Of a stretch of 64,000 nucleotides of DNA, positions 12,391-24,074 are shown piece by piece. Numbering within the stretch: position 1 is the first letter of the stretch; every line of letters starts with the position of its first letter. The stretch is from Octopus sinensis. Its lineage: Eukaryota. The notes below the pieces were generated by a model. That model was not told the origin of the DNA and made no database searches. It was given only the letters and a program-made list of their open reading frames with translations. Where the stretch lies: the NCBI RefSeq assembly GCF_006345805.1, contig NC_043012.1:434001-498000 (forward strand). The letters are read 5' to 3'. A program made the translations under genes and the position numbers.

Positions 12391-12557
12391 CATACGACGG
12401 GCTTCTTTCAGTTTCCGTCTACCAAATCCACTCACAAGGCTTTGGTCGGCCCAAGGCTATAGTAGAAGACACTTGCCCAAGGTGCCACGCAGTGGGACTG
12501 AACCCGGAACCATGTGGTTGGTTAGCAAGCTACTTACCACACAGCCACTCCTGCGCC
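12124..12557 (-). mobile_element. SINE family A, full length
   Basis: Minus-strand tRNA-like head ggcgcaggagtggctgtgtggtaag…ggttccgggttcagtccc, internal (TA)n/(TG)n, gtaaaagag tail. Confidence 0.95.
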
Positions 12558-13334
12558 TATATATATACAATATATGTGTGTGTGTGTGTGTGTACACTTG
12601 AATATGTATGCATATAGTCATGTGTGGTATGTGTTTGTAAACGTAGACAGACAGATAAATACACACACACACACACACACACATCATATAATACACATAT
12701 ATGTATATAATATTTTAATGTATCTTTTACTGGGTATCAATTTATTTGTCTACCTATCTGTCTCACTCCATCTCTCTCCTTCCCTCTCTCGCTCCCTCTC
12801 TGTTATACACACACCCGCACACACACACACACACACACATACACACACACACACATATGTACACACCCACTCACGGGTACTGACATGTATGTACTTTTAT
12901 GATTGTTTGTATACATATATATCCACGAGCTCTATAATTATTGTTACCTGCAGTCTCAGTTTTTCCTAGAGAATCCTCTTAACGTTGTTTATAGACGTCT
13001 GCTTACATCGAATGACAAACACGACTGACATAGTATTCTCGAAAGTCTCTCTAAAAAGGAGTGATTTCTCTTTATATTCCACAAACTTGTAGCACTAGCT
13101 GAACCCGACATTACACACACCAACGAAAACTCTTGTTCATTTTACAGAGCAGCCACTCCCGCTTAAAGCGGCCAATTATTCTTACTTTACAACAGGGCTT
13201 AACTTGAATCTAGATTGAGTGCACGATTTAAAATAGGAAAATTTGGGCAACAGCAAACAACTTGCGAGTGATCAGATTAGAATCTTCAAGCCTTTGGTTC
13301 CTTCCATACTGTCTTATTTTCTTTCTTTCTTCTT

Positions 13335-13736
13335 ACTCTTTTACCCGTTTCAGCCATTTGACTGCGGCCATGTTGGAGCACTGCCTTTAGTCGAGCAAAT
13401 CAACCCCCAGGACTTATTCTTTGTAAGCCCAGTACTTATTCTACCGGTGCCTTTTGCCAAACCGCTAAGTTACGGGGACGTAAACACACCAGCATCAGTT
13501 GTCAAGCGATGTTGGGGAGACAAACACAGACACACAAACATACACACACACACATACATATATACATATATACGACGGGCTTCTTTCAGTTTCCGTCTAC
13601 CAAATCCACTCACAAGGCTTTGGTCGGCCCGAGGCTAGAGTAGAAGACATTTGCCTAAGGTGCCACGCAGGGGAACTGAACCCGGAACCATGTGGTTCGT
13701 AAGCAAGCTACTTACCACACAGCTACTCCTTCGCCT
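13335..13736 (-). mobile_element. SINE family A, full length
   Basis: Same structure as 12124-12557. Confidence 0.93.
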
Positions 13737-13751
13737 ATGAATTCTTATTAA

Positions 13752-13858
13752 TAATTCTTTCCACTATAGGCAAAAGGGCTGAAATTTGAGGGAGGGGACT
13801 ACATCGATCCTAGTACACAAATGGTACTTAGTTTATCGACTCCGCAAAGATGAAAGGC
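13752..13858 (-). mobile_element. SINE family C 3' half
   Basis: tggtacttagtttatcgactccgcaaagatgaaaggc is the reverse complement of the C core. Cut off by the minisatellite. Confidence 0.75.
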
Positions 13859-14914
13859 TTAGTACTGACTCCCTGCTCAGCTCTTCGCATTGAACTCCCT
13901 ACCCAGCTCTTAGTACCGACTCTCTGCTCAGCTCTTAGTACTGAACTCCCTGCTCGGCTCTTAGTACTGACTCCCTGCTCACCTCTTAGCACTGAACTTC
14001 CTGCTCAGCTCTTAGTACTGAACTCCCTGCTCAGCTCTTAGCACTGAACTTCCAGCTCAGCTCTTAGTACTGAATTCCCTGCTCAGCTCTTAGTACTGAA
14101 CTCCCTGCTCAGCCCTTACCAGTGAACTACCTGCTCACCTCTTAGTACTGAATTTCCTGCTCAGCTCTTAGTACTGAACTCCCTGCTCAGCTCTTAGTAC
14201 TGAACTCCCTGCTCACCTCTTAGTACTGAACTCCCTGCTCAGCTCTTAGTACTGAACTCCCTGCTCAGCTCTTAGTACTGAACTCCCTGCTCACCTCTTA
14301 GCACCGAACTCCCTGCTCAGCCCTCACCAGTGAACTCCCTGCTCAGCTCTTAGTACTGAACTCCCTGCTCAGCTCTTAGTACTGAACTCCCTGCTCAGCT
14401 CTTAGTACTGAACTCCCTGCTCAGCTCTTAGCACCGAACTCCCTGCTCAGCCCTCACCAGTGAACTCCCTGCTCAGCTCTTAGTACTGAACTCCCTGCTC
14501 AGCTCTTAGTACTGAACTCCCTGCTCAGCTTTTAGTACTGAACTCCCTGCTCAGCTCTTAGTACTGAACTCCCTGCTCAGCTCTTAGCACTGAACTCCCT
14601 GCTCAGCCCTTACCAGTGAACTCCCTGCTCAGCTCTTAGTACTGAACTCCCTGCTCAGCTCTTAGTACTGAACTCCCTGCTCAGCTCTTAGTACTGAACT
14701 TCCTGCTCAGCTCTTAGTATTGAACTCCCTGCTCAGCTCTTAGCACTGAACTTCCTGCTCAACTATTAGTACTGACTCTCTGCTCAGCTCTTCTTACTGA
14801 ACTCTCTGCTCAGCCCTTACCAGTGAACTCTCTGCTCACCTCTTAGCACTGAACTCCATGCGCAGCTTTTAGTACTGACTCCCTGCTCAGCTCTTAGTAC
14901 TGAACTCTCTGCTC
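13859..14914. repeat. 26-bp minisatellite, ~40 copies
   Basis: Unit tagtactgaactccctgctcagctct, head-to-tail with no spacers. Variant units recur. Confidence 0.97.
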
Positions 14915-15130
14915 ATCTCGGACTACTACACATACAGGTATTCCTCCCTAGAACATTCCCTCTGGACTTTTCTTTCCATGATCATGTTTTCGACACAGAC
15001 ACCGGTTTGGAGCAGTTTCAAAAGAACGTTAATCTCTTTATCAAGCTCACCAGTCCGGCAAGTCGTGCAGAGGCTATGAGCATTGCATCATCCAGCGAAC
15101 GCCTTATGTTACAAAGAAAAAGAAAAAAAA
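14915..15130 (+). mobile_element. LINE 3' end (Jockey/CR1-group ORF2 C-terminus plus A-rich tail), degenerate
   Basis: Frameshifted sequence resembling the PRT..LWN.LP..VF…FK..VN end of ORF2, followed by an A-rich tail at 15113-15130. Confidence 0.55.
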
Positions 15131-15597
15131 TTATAATTCAACCATATTTACTCTCTAAATACGTGTAACTGAGTTTTTCACTTTGAGTAAATTTCTTATA
15201 TTCGTCTTCATTCATTATCAATTAGTTTTGTGACACTTACAAATTGTGCTTTTTTCAAATCATTTTAAAATCATGTAAAACTTTATTCTAGGTTCGTGTT
15301 GAGGATTTATTTCCTGTTGTGTGGATAAAAACGTGACGAATCTAAAGGAAGGTTATTACTTACATACACATACAGAGTCACACGCAAACACGTATTAAAT
15401 AAATGACAGAGAATTAAAGGGAGTCATGTAACGAAAATGAAGTTGTTTACGTAACTCATGTTTGCTTGACATTTATGATTTATTAATTAATATTACTCCC
15501 AGCACATATCTTCTGCTTCATGTAAAAGTCCGTAATGGACGAAGACAGAGGAATCTGTGAATTATAATTATACTGAGTTCTCCTGTACCAACAGACT

Positions 15598-16509
15598 TCA
15601 TAAATGACTTGCCCGACGACCTCACGCAACACACCCTTCTATTTGCCGACGATATCAAACTGGTCGCTCCCGCGGTAGGTAGTATAGAGGATCTTCGTCG
15701 ATGCCTCCACCAAATTTGGAAGTGGTCTAACGATTGGGACCTGTGTCTGAACGTGTCAAAGTGCTGTCATCTGCCTGTCGGCTCTACTCCTGCAACTCAA
15801 CTTGATTTCGAGCCGGGTCGTCTGCTGCTGGAGAGGACCGATCAGGTAAAGGACCTGGGTATCTTGGGGATTCCTCCTTTTCGCCTTCGGCCCAGTGCGT
15901 CCATGCTGCCAACAAAGCGCGCGGAATTCTGTTTTTGATTCGACGGTCATTCGGAATGCTCACAGTAGCCATATTCCTGCCACTCTATGTCACGCTGGTG
16001 AGACCCATATTGGAGTATGGGATTCAAGCCTCTTCTCTTATCTCCTCAAAGACATACAGCATCTCGAAAGAGTCCAGAGGCTGGCTACCCGCATGGTTCA
16101 TGGTCTCAAAAATTTGTCCTACGAAGAAAGGCTGAGGACGCTCGACCTTATTCTCTTGAAAACGCCGCCGCCCGCCGTGGTGATCTCATTCTCGCCCACA
16201 ACATCATAAGCGGGAAGTGTAACCTCTCGAAAGAGCTGTTCTTCACTCCTGCTCCGGAGCGTCGGCTGCGGGGTCATTCCGAAAAGCTCTACCTACGACG
16301 ATTTCATCTCAATCGAAGGAGAGGAGCTTTCTCCGTCCGGGTTGCGGATCCGTGGAACAAGCTGCCAGACGAGATGGTGAAGATGCCGACGACCGCTTTG
16401 TTCAAAGCCTCCCTGGACCTCAAGTGGCCTGAACTCTTTACATGAACACCACCCTGTACTTAACTCCATGTCCCCCTACATGGCCTTGCTATTTGCTTTT
16501 GAGCCAAAT

Positions 16510-16538
<29 letters not shown>
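15598..16538 (+). mobile_element. 5'-truncated CR1-clade LINE (RT C-terminus, (CTAA)n tail)
   Basis: INDLPD…LLFADDIKL, VRPILEY, LERVQRLATR, SYEERL, RRGDLI, WNKLP. (CTAA)n tail and 8-bp TSD aacagact at 15590-15597 and 16539-16546. Confidence 0.95.
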
Positions 16539-16541
<3 letters not shown>

Positions 16542-16552
16542 AGACTATTGCG

Positions 16553-18090
16553 TAAGATATTTGAGAACAGATTTATGTTTATAGAAAAACATATAATAAA
16601 AGTTAATAACTTTAATTTTTAAAATGTTATCAAAAATTTTGCCATCAAGATGTAGGACAAGATACTGTGATAGCTTGGGCTTCCGAGGCCCACAGCTCTT
16701 CAATATCCACCCGAAGAACCTAAGAGACCTGCATGGGGTGGATGCAGATGTCTTTAAAATGAAACTGGATCTCATCTTGTCAGGTATCCCAGATGAACCA
16801 ACTTCACGGCAGGAGGTGCAGATGAGGGCAGCTGCATCTAACTCTCTCATGCACCAAATGGCAGTTGCTAAAAAGCATTCGTGAAGTAAAACCATGTAGC
16901 AACACCAAATGGTGGTGCCCCAGCATGGCCACAGCTCGTGAGCTGAAACTAGAATCAATCAATATAAAAATAAACCTTTTCTATAATGATATTCAATAAA
17001 TCCACGTTCAGCTTCAATAACCGCTTCTATACAAGACCTAAGTTGTCTACACGCTTGAATCAAGTGGTCCTGGTTCATTTTGGAGTATGGCGGCTTTGAA
17101 AGAATCCTTAGTGTTATGGGCATTTTGACCTCTCTTAACAACGCTCCACAGGTAATAATCCAATGGATTAAGATCTGGTGAATTGGGAGGCTAAATGTTT
17201 CGGGTAATGTGATCATGAACATTTTTAGCTATCCATTCCTGCATTACTTCAGTCTTGTGTGACAGTGCAGTGGTTTGCTGAAACACGTGTGGCATCTCAT
17301 TACTACACTGTCTCTCTATGGTTTAACAACTGTTTCCAGGACCTCAATGTAGGTGACATAGTTAACTCCGAGGCCTTGTAGAAAGACGTAAGGAGGCATC
17401 ACTTGTCCATCATTGCCTACAATCCTTAACCCATGACAGGTGCAGGAAATTATGCATGCATACTCTTGGAACTTCAGAAGGGTCTGCACACAACCAAGTG
17501 TCATTTCTTCTGTTAACTTTTCGAAATTTTTCTCGTCCGATATATAAACCAAACCAAATCTTCTGCAGCTGGATTTTCGGTTTGTTAAGAGCTTTTTAGA
17601 TCTACTGTAGCGATTCTCTTTCGCTTTTTCTGACATAAATAGACCTTTCTTCATCATATTAGACTTATATCTGATGTCTTCGTGAATAACGTATTTGATT
17701 GTTCTTTCTGACACATGGCGATCTTCTGTAATTTACCCCATGGAATTTCTGGGATTGTAATCTATGCTTTGTGGAACTTGCTGGATAAATTCAGGTGTTC
17801 TGATGATTTCGAAGCGTTTAGAATGCTTTTTACACTTTGATACCGGTGATACGTTTCCATCTTCGGTTTCTAACTCCTTAGGAGTTTTGTAGACGAAGGA
17901 TCTAGCGACGTTCAAAAATCGAGATATTTCTAAATCACTATACTCGGCCTTCACAGCCACGATAACAGTATGCCTCTCGATTTCTTTAGTCAGCTGAAGG
18001 TCTGCCATTATTATTTTCTGGAACAAAGATTGCATAGAGTCAGCAAAAAAAATGTACCAATAACCAAAAAGAGCTATGTCCTCAAATATC

Positions 18091-18093
<3 letters not shown>
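16553..18093 (-). mobile_element. maT (DD37D) DNA transposon, decayed
   Basis: Transposase from ATG at 18008: YISDEKNF…HVFQQ(T)…PPNSPDLNPLDYYLWS with 37 residues between the 2nd and 3rd catalytic positions. Remnant inverted repeats taagatatttgagaaca (16553) and tgtcctcaaatatctta (18093). Confidence 0.9.
16635..16963 (+). mobile_element. Second CR1-group LINE 3' end with (ATCA)n tail, nested in the maT element
   Basis: SLGFRGPQLFNIHPKNLR…FKMKLDLILSGIPDEP, a 3' hairpin and an aatcaatcaat tail. Confidence 0.85.
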
Positions 18094-18161
<68 letters not shown>

Positions 18162-18201
18162 GATAATAATAATAATAATAATGATAATAATAATAATAAC
18201 G

Positions 18202-18270
<69 letters not shown>
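18093..18270. repeat. (AAT)n microsatellite
   Basis: Direct reading. Confidence 0.97.
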
Positions 18271-18519
18271 GGGAGTATATCCAAACTTACAGGGAAAAAT
18301 TAGATTTAGGATTAAATCAAATTTCACAGTATAAATATAAATTAAATTAGAGATAAAACCACTATTAGGCAACTCAGTGATAGACATAAACCAATACATA
18401 AATAACAAAAAATATAAATATAATTAATATAATATATAATATATATATAAAATATAAAATTTTTAATTTAAACTTTTAAATTTTAAAATTTTTAAATTTT
18501 TAAATTTTAATACTTTTAA

Positions 18520-19140
18520 AGATGCAGAAGCGAGATTCGTGGCTCCAAAGAACTTTTGACGAGTCTTCGGCCTTCCATTCAACATGGCTTTTAGCAAACT
18601 TGGTCCGCTTCCGCCGGTTCGTCTCAGTAATTATTGGCTTCTTTCGAGAGATCCGGCCGAACAATACGAATTCTTTTGGTGAAAGCTGATGTTATTTTCA
18701 TCAGATAATTGCTTGCAAATGTCCAGTGCTGTTAGCATTCGATTACCTCCAGAAAACCTATGAAATCGCCGATCGATTTGTGTTGTTACTTTTCTCGAAG
18801 CGCTCGTTCATTGCCGATATTCGTGTTGGCCAGTTTTGGTGAAAGGTGATGTTATTTTCATCAGATAATTGCTTGCAAATGTCCACCGCTGTTAGCATTC
18901 GATTACCTTCAGAGAACCTATGAAATCGCCGATCGATTTGTATTGTTATTTTTCTCGAAGCGCCCGTTCATTGCCGATCTTCGTATTGGCCAGTGGTTTG
19001 GTGAAGCTTCCATGCTTGAACCCAAGCCATTTTGCTGTATGCTAATTGTTTGCTAATGTTTATGAAGGACACATTTTGCTGATGAAGCAACACGATCTTT
19101 GATCTAGTAACTGGGCAGATACTACGACTCTTTCCCTGAG
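18520..19140 (-). mobile_element. Tc1-like transposase N-terminal remnant with internal 160-bp tandem duplication
   Basis: Minus strand gives LFGRISRKKPIITETNRRKRTKFAKSHVEW…KVLWSHESRF. Duplicated segments are 18674-18833 and 18834-18993. Confidence 0.8.
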
Positions 19141-19604
19141 CGAATTAATGTATAACAAGGCTCGCTTATTAAACAAAACAGTGCAGTACGACCAGCCATA
19201 TGACTACACATTTGGTTTATTAATTTGCATAATCCTGGTATGGCCTTAAATTTATTTTGCCAACAATTTTTAATCATTTGACTTAATTCGCGTTAAAATT
19301 ATTCGAATTGTAGAAAGATATATAACGCCTATATCATTTGAAAAAGAGAAAAAATTCTATATAAACTGTAAAAAGTAAAATAATTTTATACAGTTTTGTT
19401 AAAAATATATTAATGAAGGAATAGAACTGACATCATCAGTCCTAAACTTTTTTTCGCCTGTGTAGATTTTATGTATACTAAAATTTATATAGTTCTGTGT
19501 TAGTCTGACTTGAATGTGTTTATAGAAACACTCATACATACAAAACCTCTCTCTCTTTGTCTCTCTTCTCATTTCTCTCTCTATATATGTACATATATAT
19601 GTAT

Positions 19605-19697
<93 letters not shown>

Positions 19698-19701
19698 GTA
19701 T

Positions 19702-19734
<33 letters not shown>

Positions 19735-20116
19735 ATATATATATATATACACAATATATATATATATATGTATATGTATACACACACATATACATATATT
19801 TGCACACACATACACTGACACATGCGCACACAAATCTACCGAGAGTAGAGATTTATTGATGTGAACTGAATTAAGCAGACAGCTCATTTTACGTATTAAA
19901 TTCATATCTTAACTGCGAAGGAAATTTCCAATTCTTAAGCTCAGCTCTTGTGGAACGGGAAAATAAAGTGGTTACCAGTAACAAATTTAACCCAGTTTCT
20001 CCCTTACGAGGGGAGAAAGCACTCACACATAACGCCCCACATACACACACATACAGAACAGAATAACAAACGCCTCTCCATCACACAAGTTCCTTATGAA
20101 ATCTATGTACCTGCGC

Positions 20117-20147
<31 letters not shown>

Positions 20148-20244
20148 TGTATGTATGTATCTGTCTGTCTGTTTATCTATCTAACTATCTATCTATCTAC
20201 ATATATATATATATTATATATATATATATATAATATATATATAT

Positions 20245-20308
<64 letters not shown>

Positions 20309-20312
20309 CACA

Positions 20313-20346
<34 letters not shown>

Positions 20347-20544
20347 TTATGTGTGGTGTGTATGATGGTGCATGGCTCAGCGGTTAGAGCGTCTGGCACA
20401 AAATCCATTGATGTCCAAGCCACATCTAACAGTCACCACAATGTTTATAGAGCATTCAGTAGTAGTCAAAGTGTTTGAAATTTGACACCCGACTCAAGCC
20501 TTCATGATGCAGATATCTGTTTTTCAATATTTTAATGGCTTAAT

Positions 20545-20968
20545 GCGGTGAGCTGGCAGAAACGTTAGCACGCCAGGCGAAATACTTCGCGCTGTTTCGT
20601 CTGCTGCTACGTTCTGAGTTCAAATTCCGCCGAGGTCGACTTTGCCTTTTGGCGGCGATAAATTAAGTACGAGTTACGCACTGGGGTCGATATAATCAAC
20701 TTAATCCCTTTGTCTGTCCTTGTTTGTCCCCTCAGTGTTTAGCCCCTTGTGGGCAATAAATAAATAAGAAACGTTAGCACGCCGGGCGAAATGCTTCGCG
20801 GTGTTTCGTCTGTTTGTCTTTATGTTCTAAGTTCAAATTCCGCCGAGGTTGACTTGTCTTTCATTCTTTTGGGGGCGATAAATTAAGTACCAGTTGCGTA
20901 CCGGGGGTCGATCTAATCGACTGACCCCCTCCCCCAAATTTCGACCTTGTGCCTTGTGTAGAAAAGAA
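20545..20968 (+). mobile_element. SINE family C tandem dimer
   Basis: gcggtgagctggcagaaacgttagcacgcc head and two cores. Further A and C fragments follow to about 21310. Confidence 0.9.
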
Positions 20969-21109
20969 TATTTTAAGGCTTTCTGTTCTCCAGGTCAGCT
21001 AACGTTTTCTCAACTAGGCTTACAAAGAATAAGTCCTGGGATCGATTTGCTCGAGTAAAGGTGGTGCTCCAGCATGGCCGCAGTCAAATGACTAAAACAA
21101 ATATAAAGA

Positions 21110-21140
<31 letters not shown>

Positions 21141-21393
21141 TATGTACCACTAGGCGACGAGCTTCCTGAGTTCAAAATTCCACCGAGGTCGACTTTGTCT
21201 TTCATCTTTTCGGATCGATAAATTAAGTACCAGTTGTATACTGGAGTCGATGTAATCGACTAGCCCCCTGCCCCAGAATTTCAGGCCTTGTGACTATAGG
21301 AAACAGGATTGTTTATGGTCGTATGTCGTGTTCAGCTTTCAAAAATATACATACATGAATACATAAAAATGCACACACAAATGTCTGTATGTC

Positions 21394-21424
<31 letters not shown>

Positions 21425-22009
21425 CTCTCTCTCTCTCTCAATATATATATATATGTATATATATATACATACAGAGAGAGAGAGAGAGAGAGACTAAGCA
21501 TTGGCTTAGAAGAGGTAAGCACCAGGTTATATGCCATTATTTAAGTACATAACGTTCTAGGTTCAGTCCCACTGCGTGGCAACTTGAGCAGGTATATTCT
21601 ACTATAGATCTAAGACGGTCCAAGTCTTGTGAATGAATTTGATAGGCGGGAACCTAAACAAGCCAACTGTACATATATATATATATATGAACGTATGTAT
21701 CTTTGTGTGGGTGTGTTTATCAGTGCATGCCTTTGTTTTACCGTTTGTTTCTCTTCAATGCTGTGGCTCATCATGGTTGATATCTCATGAATGAAACAAA
21801 TAAAAGATGAAATATATGTACGCATATGCTTATATAAATATATATTAAGTATATATACTCACACCAAACTAAACATTGAGTTCTTAACAAATCGAGTAGG
21901 ATTTTTTTTTATTGCATTCAGTATGTTAATAGATAATATGTCTCTGTTTCGCAACACATGTTTGCGTATGTACACAGCCACAAATTTATGTATCGTATAT
22001 TAGTTTATT

Positions 22010-22226
22010 CTTTACTCTTTTACTTGTTTCAGTCATTTGATTGTGGCCATACTGGAGCACCGCCTTTAGTCGAAGCAATTCGACCACATGACTTATTCTT
22101 TGTAAGCCTAGTACTTATTCTATCGGAGTCTTTTGCTAAACCGCTAAGTTACGGGGACATAAACACACCAGCATCGGTTAAGAGATGTTGGGGGACAAAC
22201 ACAGACACACAAACATATACACATAC

Positions 22227-22263
<37 letters not shown>

Positions 22264-22427
22264 CGACGGGATTCTTCCAGTTTCCATCTACCAAATCCAC
22301 TCAGAAGGCTTTGGTCGGCCCGAGGCTATAGTAGAAGACACTTGCTCAAGATCTCACGTAGTGGGACTGAACTCGGAACCATGTGGTTTGGTAAGCAAGC
22401 TACTTACCACACAGCCACTCCTACGCT
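22010..22427 (-). mobile_element. SINE family A, full length
   Basis: Similarity to the other A copies. Confidence 0.93.
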
Positions 22428-22431
22428 TATA

Positions 22432-22942
22432 TCATATATATATAAAACTGTAGTTGTGTGAGTGTCTGTCCCCTTCGATTTAGATTCCTAACTCCTCCCA
22501 CATTTTGCGGTGCAGTTTAACCAAATTCGGGTATCTTGTAGTCGTGATTAATATCGAGCCCGTCTGGCTATTAGCGCGCGTCTACGATGAGTCTACGATT
22601 TTAAAAATAATTTAACATCATTTTTTATTCCATTTTAATGCATAATTTTTCGTGTGTCGATGGCGGCGGAGTTGGCGTCCACGCTCAAACACCTGCACCT
22701 GTGTTGCTTCTCCCCCTTCTTCCCTCCCTCGTGAAGCTGTGGGGAAGGGAGTGTAAGTAAATCAACGTCGTAATGCGTTGTCAAGGAGACCAGCGTTCTT
22801 TTCGAACAACGACTTCATGGCTTGAAGACACCAAAACAGAAATGGCTAAGAAAGCCCGAATTTATAAGGGAAGTAACTCTCTAAAAATGCTTATATAGTT
22901 ATTTCCCTTACAAACCCGAGCAACGCCGGGCGATACTGCTAG
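22432..22942 (+). mobile_element. Non-autonomous Helitron
   Basis: A|TC 5' end, subterminal hairpin cccgagcaacgccggg, CTAG|T 3' end. Both ends are shared with 52708-53092. Confidence 0.88.
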
Positions 22943-23006
22943 TCAGATATAAATTTCTAACCGCATACACGCACATAATATACAGACACAATATAAATGA
23001 GAGAGA

Positions 23007-23050
<44 letters not shown>

Positions 23051-23359
23051 GCGAGAGGGAAAGCAGAGCGAGAACTTTGCACATCAACACAGCTATTTAA
23101 TGATCTAGGCATGACAGCATTGCATGTATCAAAGCTTAATTTTGATTGTATTCAGACTAGCAAACATGCTGTTCTTTCCTATGTAATTTTTGTCAAACTG
23201 ACCACTTTAATCCTTCATTGCAATCACCCCAGCAATCGCTCTCACTGAGTGTCGTTCAATCCTTGTTCAATGTAGCATTTCCTATCACCAAATCTTGTTT
23301 AATCTCCCTTCAGTTCTGATCCAGGAAATACACGGTGAAATGTTTTAAAATCATAGTAT

Positions 23360-23741
23360 GGAAGCACTCCATCGGTTACGATGACGAGGGTTCCGGTTGA
23401 TCCGAATCAACGGAACAGCCTGCTCGTGAAATTAACGTGTAAGTGGCTGAGCACTCCACAGACACTTGTACCCTTAACGTAGTTCTCGGGGATATTCAGC
23501 GTGACACAGAGAGTGACAAGGCCGGCCCTTTGAAATACATGTACAACAGAAACAAGAAGTAAAAGTGAGAGAAATTTGTGGTGAAAGAGTACAGCAGGGA
23601 TCACCACCATCCCCTGCCGGAGCCTCGTGGAGCTTTAGGTGTTTTCGCTCAATAAACACTCACAACGCCCGGTCTGGGAATCGAAACCGCGATCCTATGA
23701 CCGTGAGTCCGCTGCCCTAACCACTGGGCCATTGCGCCTCC
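23360..23741 (-). mobile_element. SINE family B, full length
   Basis: 13-bp TSD aaaatcatagtat at 23347-23359 and 23742-23754. Confidence 0.95.
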
Positions 23742-24074
23742 AAAATCATAGTATCTCCCTTTTGTTATTTGTTGTTCAAACGTTACGCATCAAGCTAAAG
23801 AAGCGGCGTGGCTGAATAGTTACGACGCCAGACAAAGTGTTCAGTGACATTTCTTCGCGCTTTACGTTCTCAAATTGAATTCCACCGTTCTGGGTTCAAA
23901 TGCCACAGGGGTCAGCTTTACCTTTCAATCCTCTTAGGGTCGATAAAATAAGTACCAGTTGAGCACTGGACTCGATGTAATCGAATAGACCCCACTCAAA
24001 AGAAATTTCAGGCTCTATGCATATTCCAAAAAAGGTCTGTGTGCCTAGCTGAAGTCATTAATATAATATTGGTT

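Noticed and set aside
13859-14914. CRISPR-like array
   Set aside because: Units are contiguous with no unique spacers and there are no cas genes. Eukaryotic minisatellite.
16509-16540. Telomere-like (CTAA)n repeat
   Set aside because: It is the tail of the CR1 copy, bounded by the TSD, and is not TTAGGG.
17970-18408. Poly-Asn, poly-Ile and poly-Tyr ORFs here and throughout 30-56 kb
   Set aside because: (AAT)n translations.
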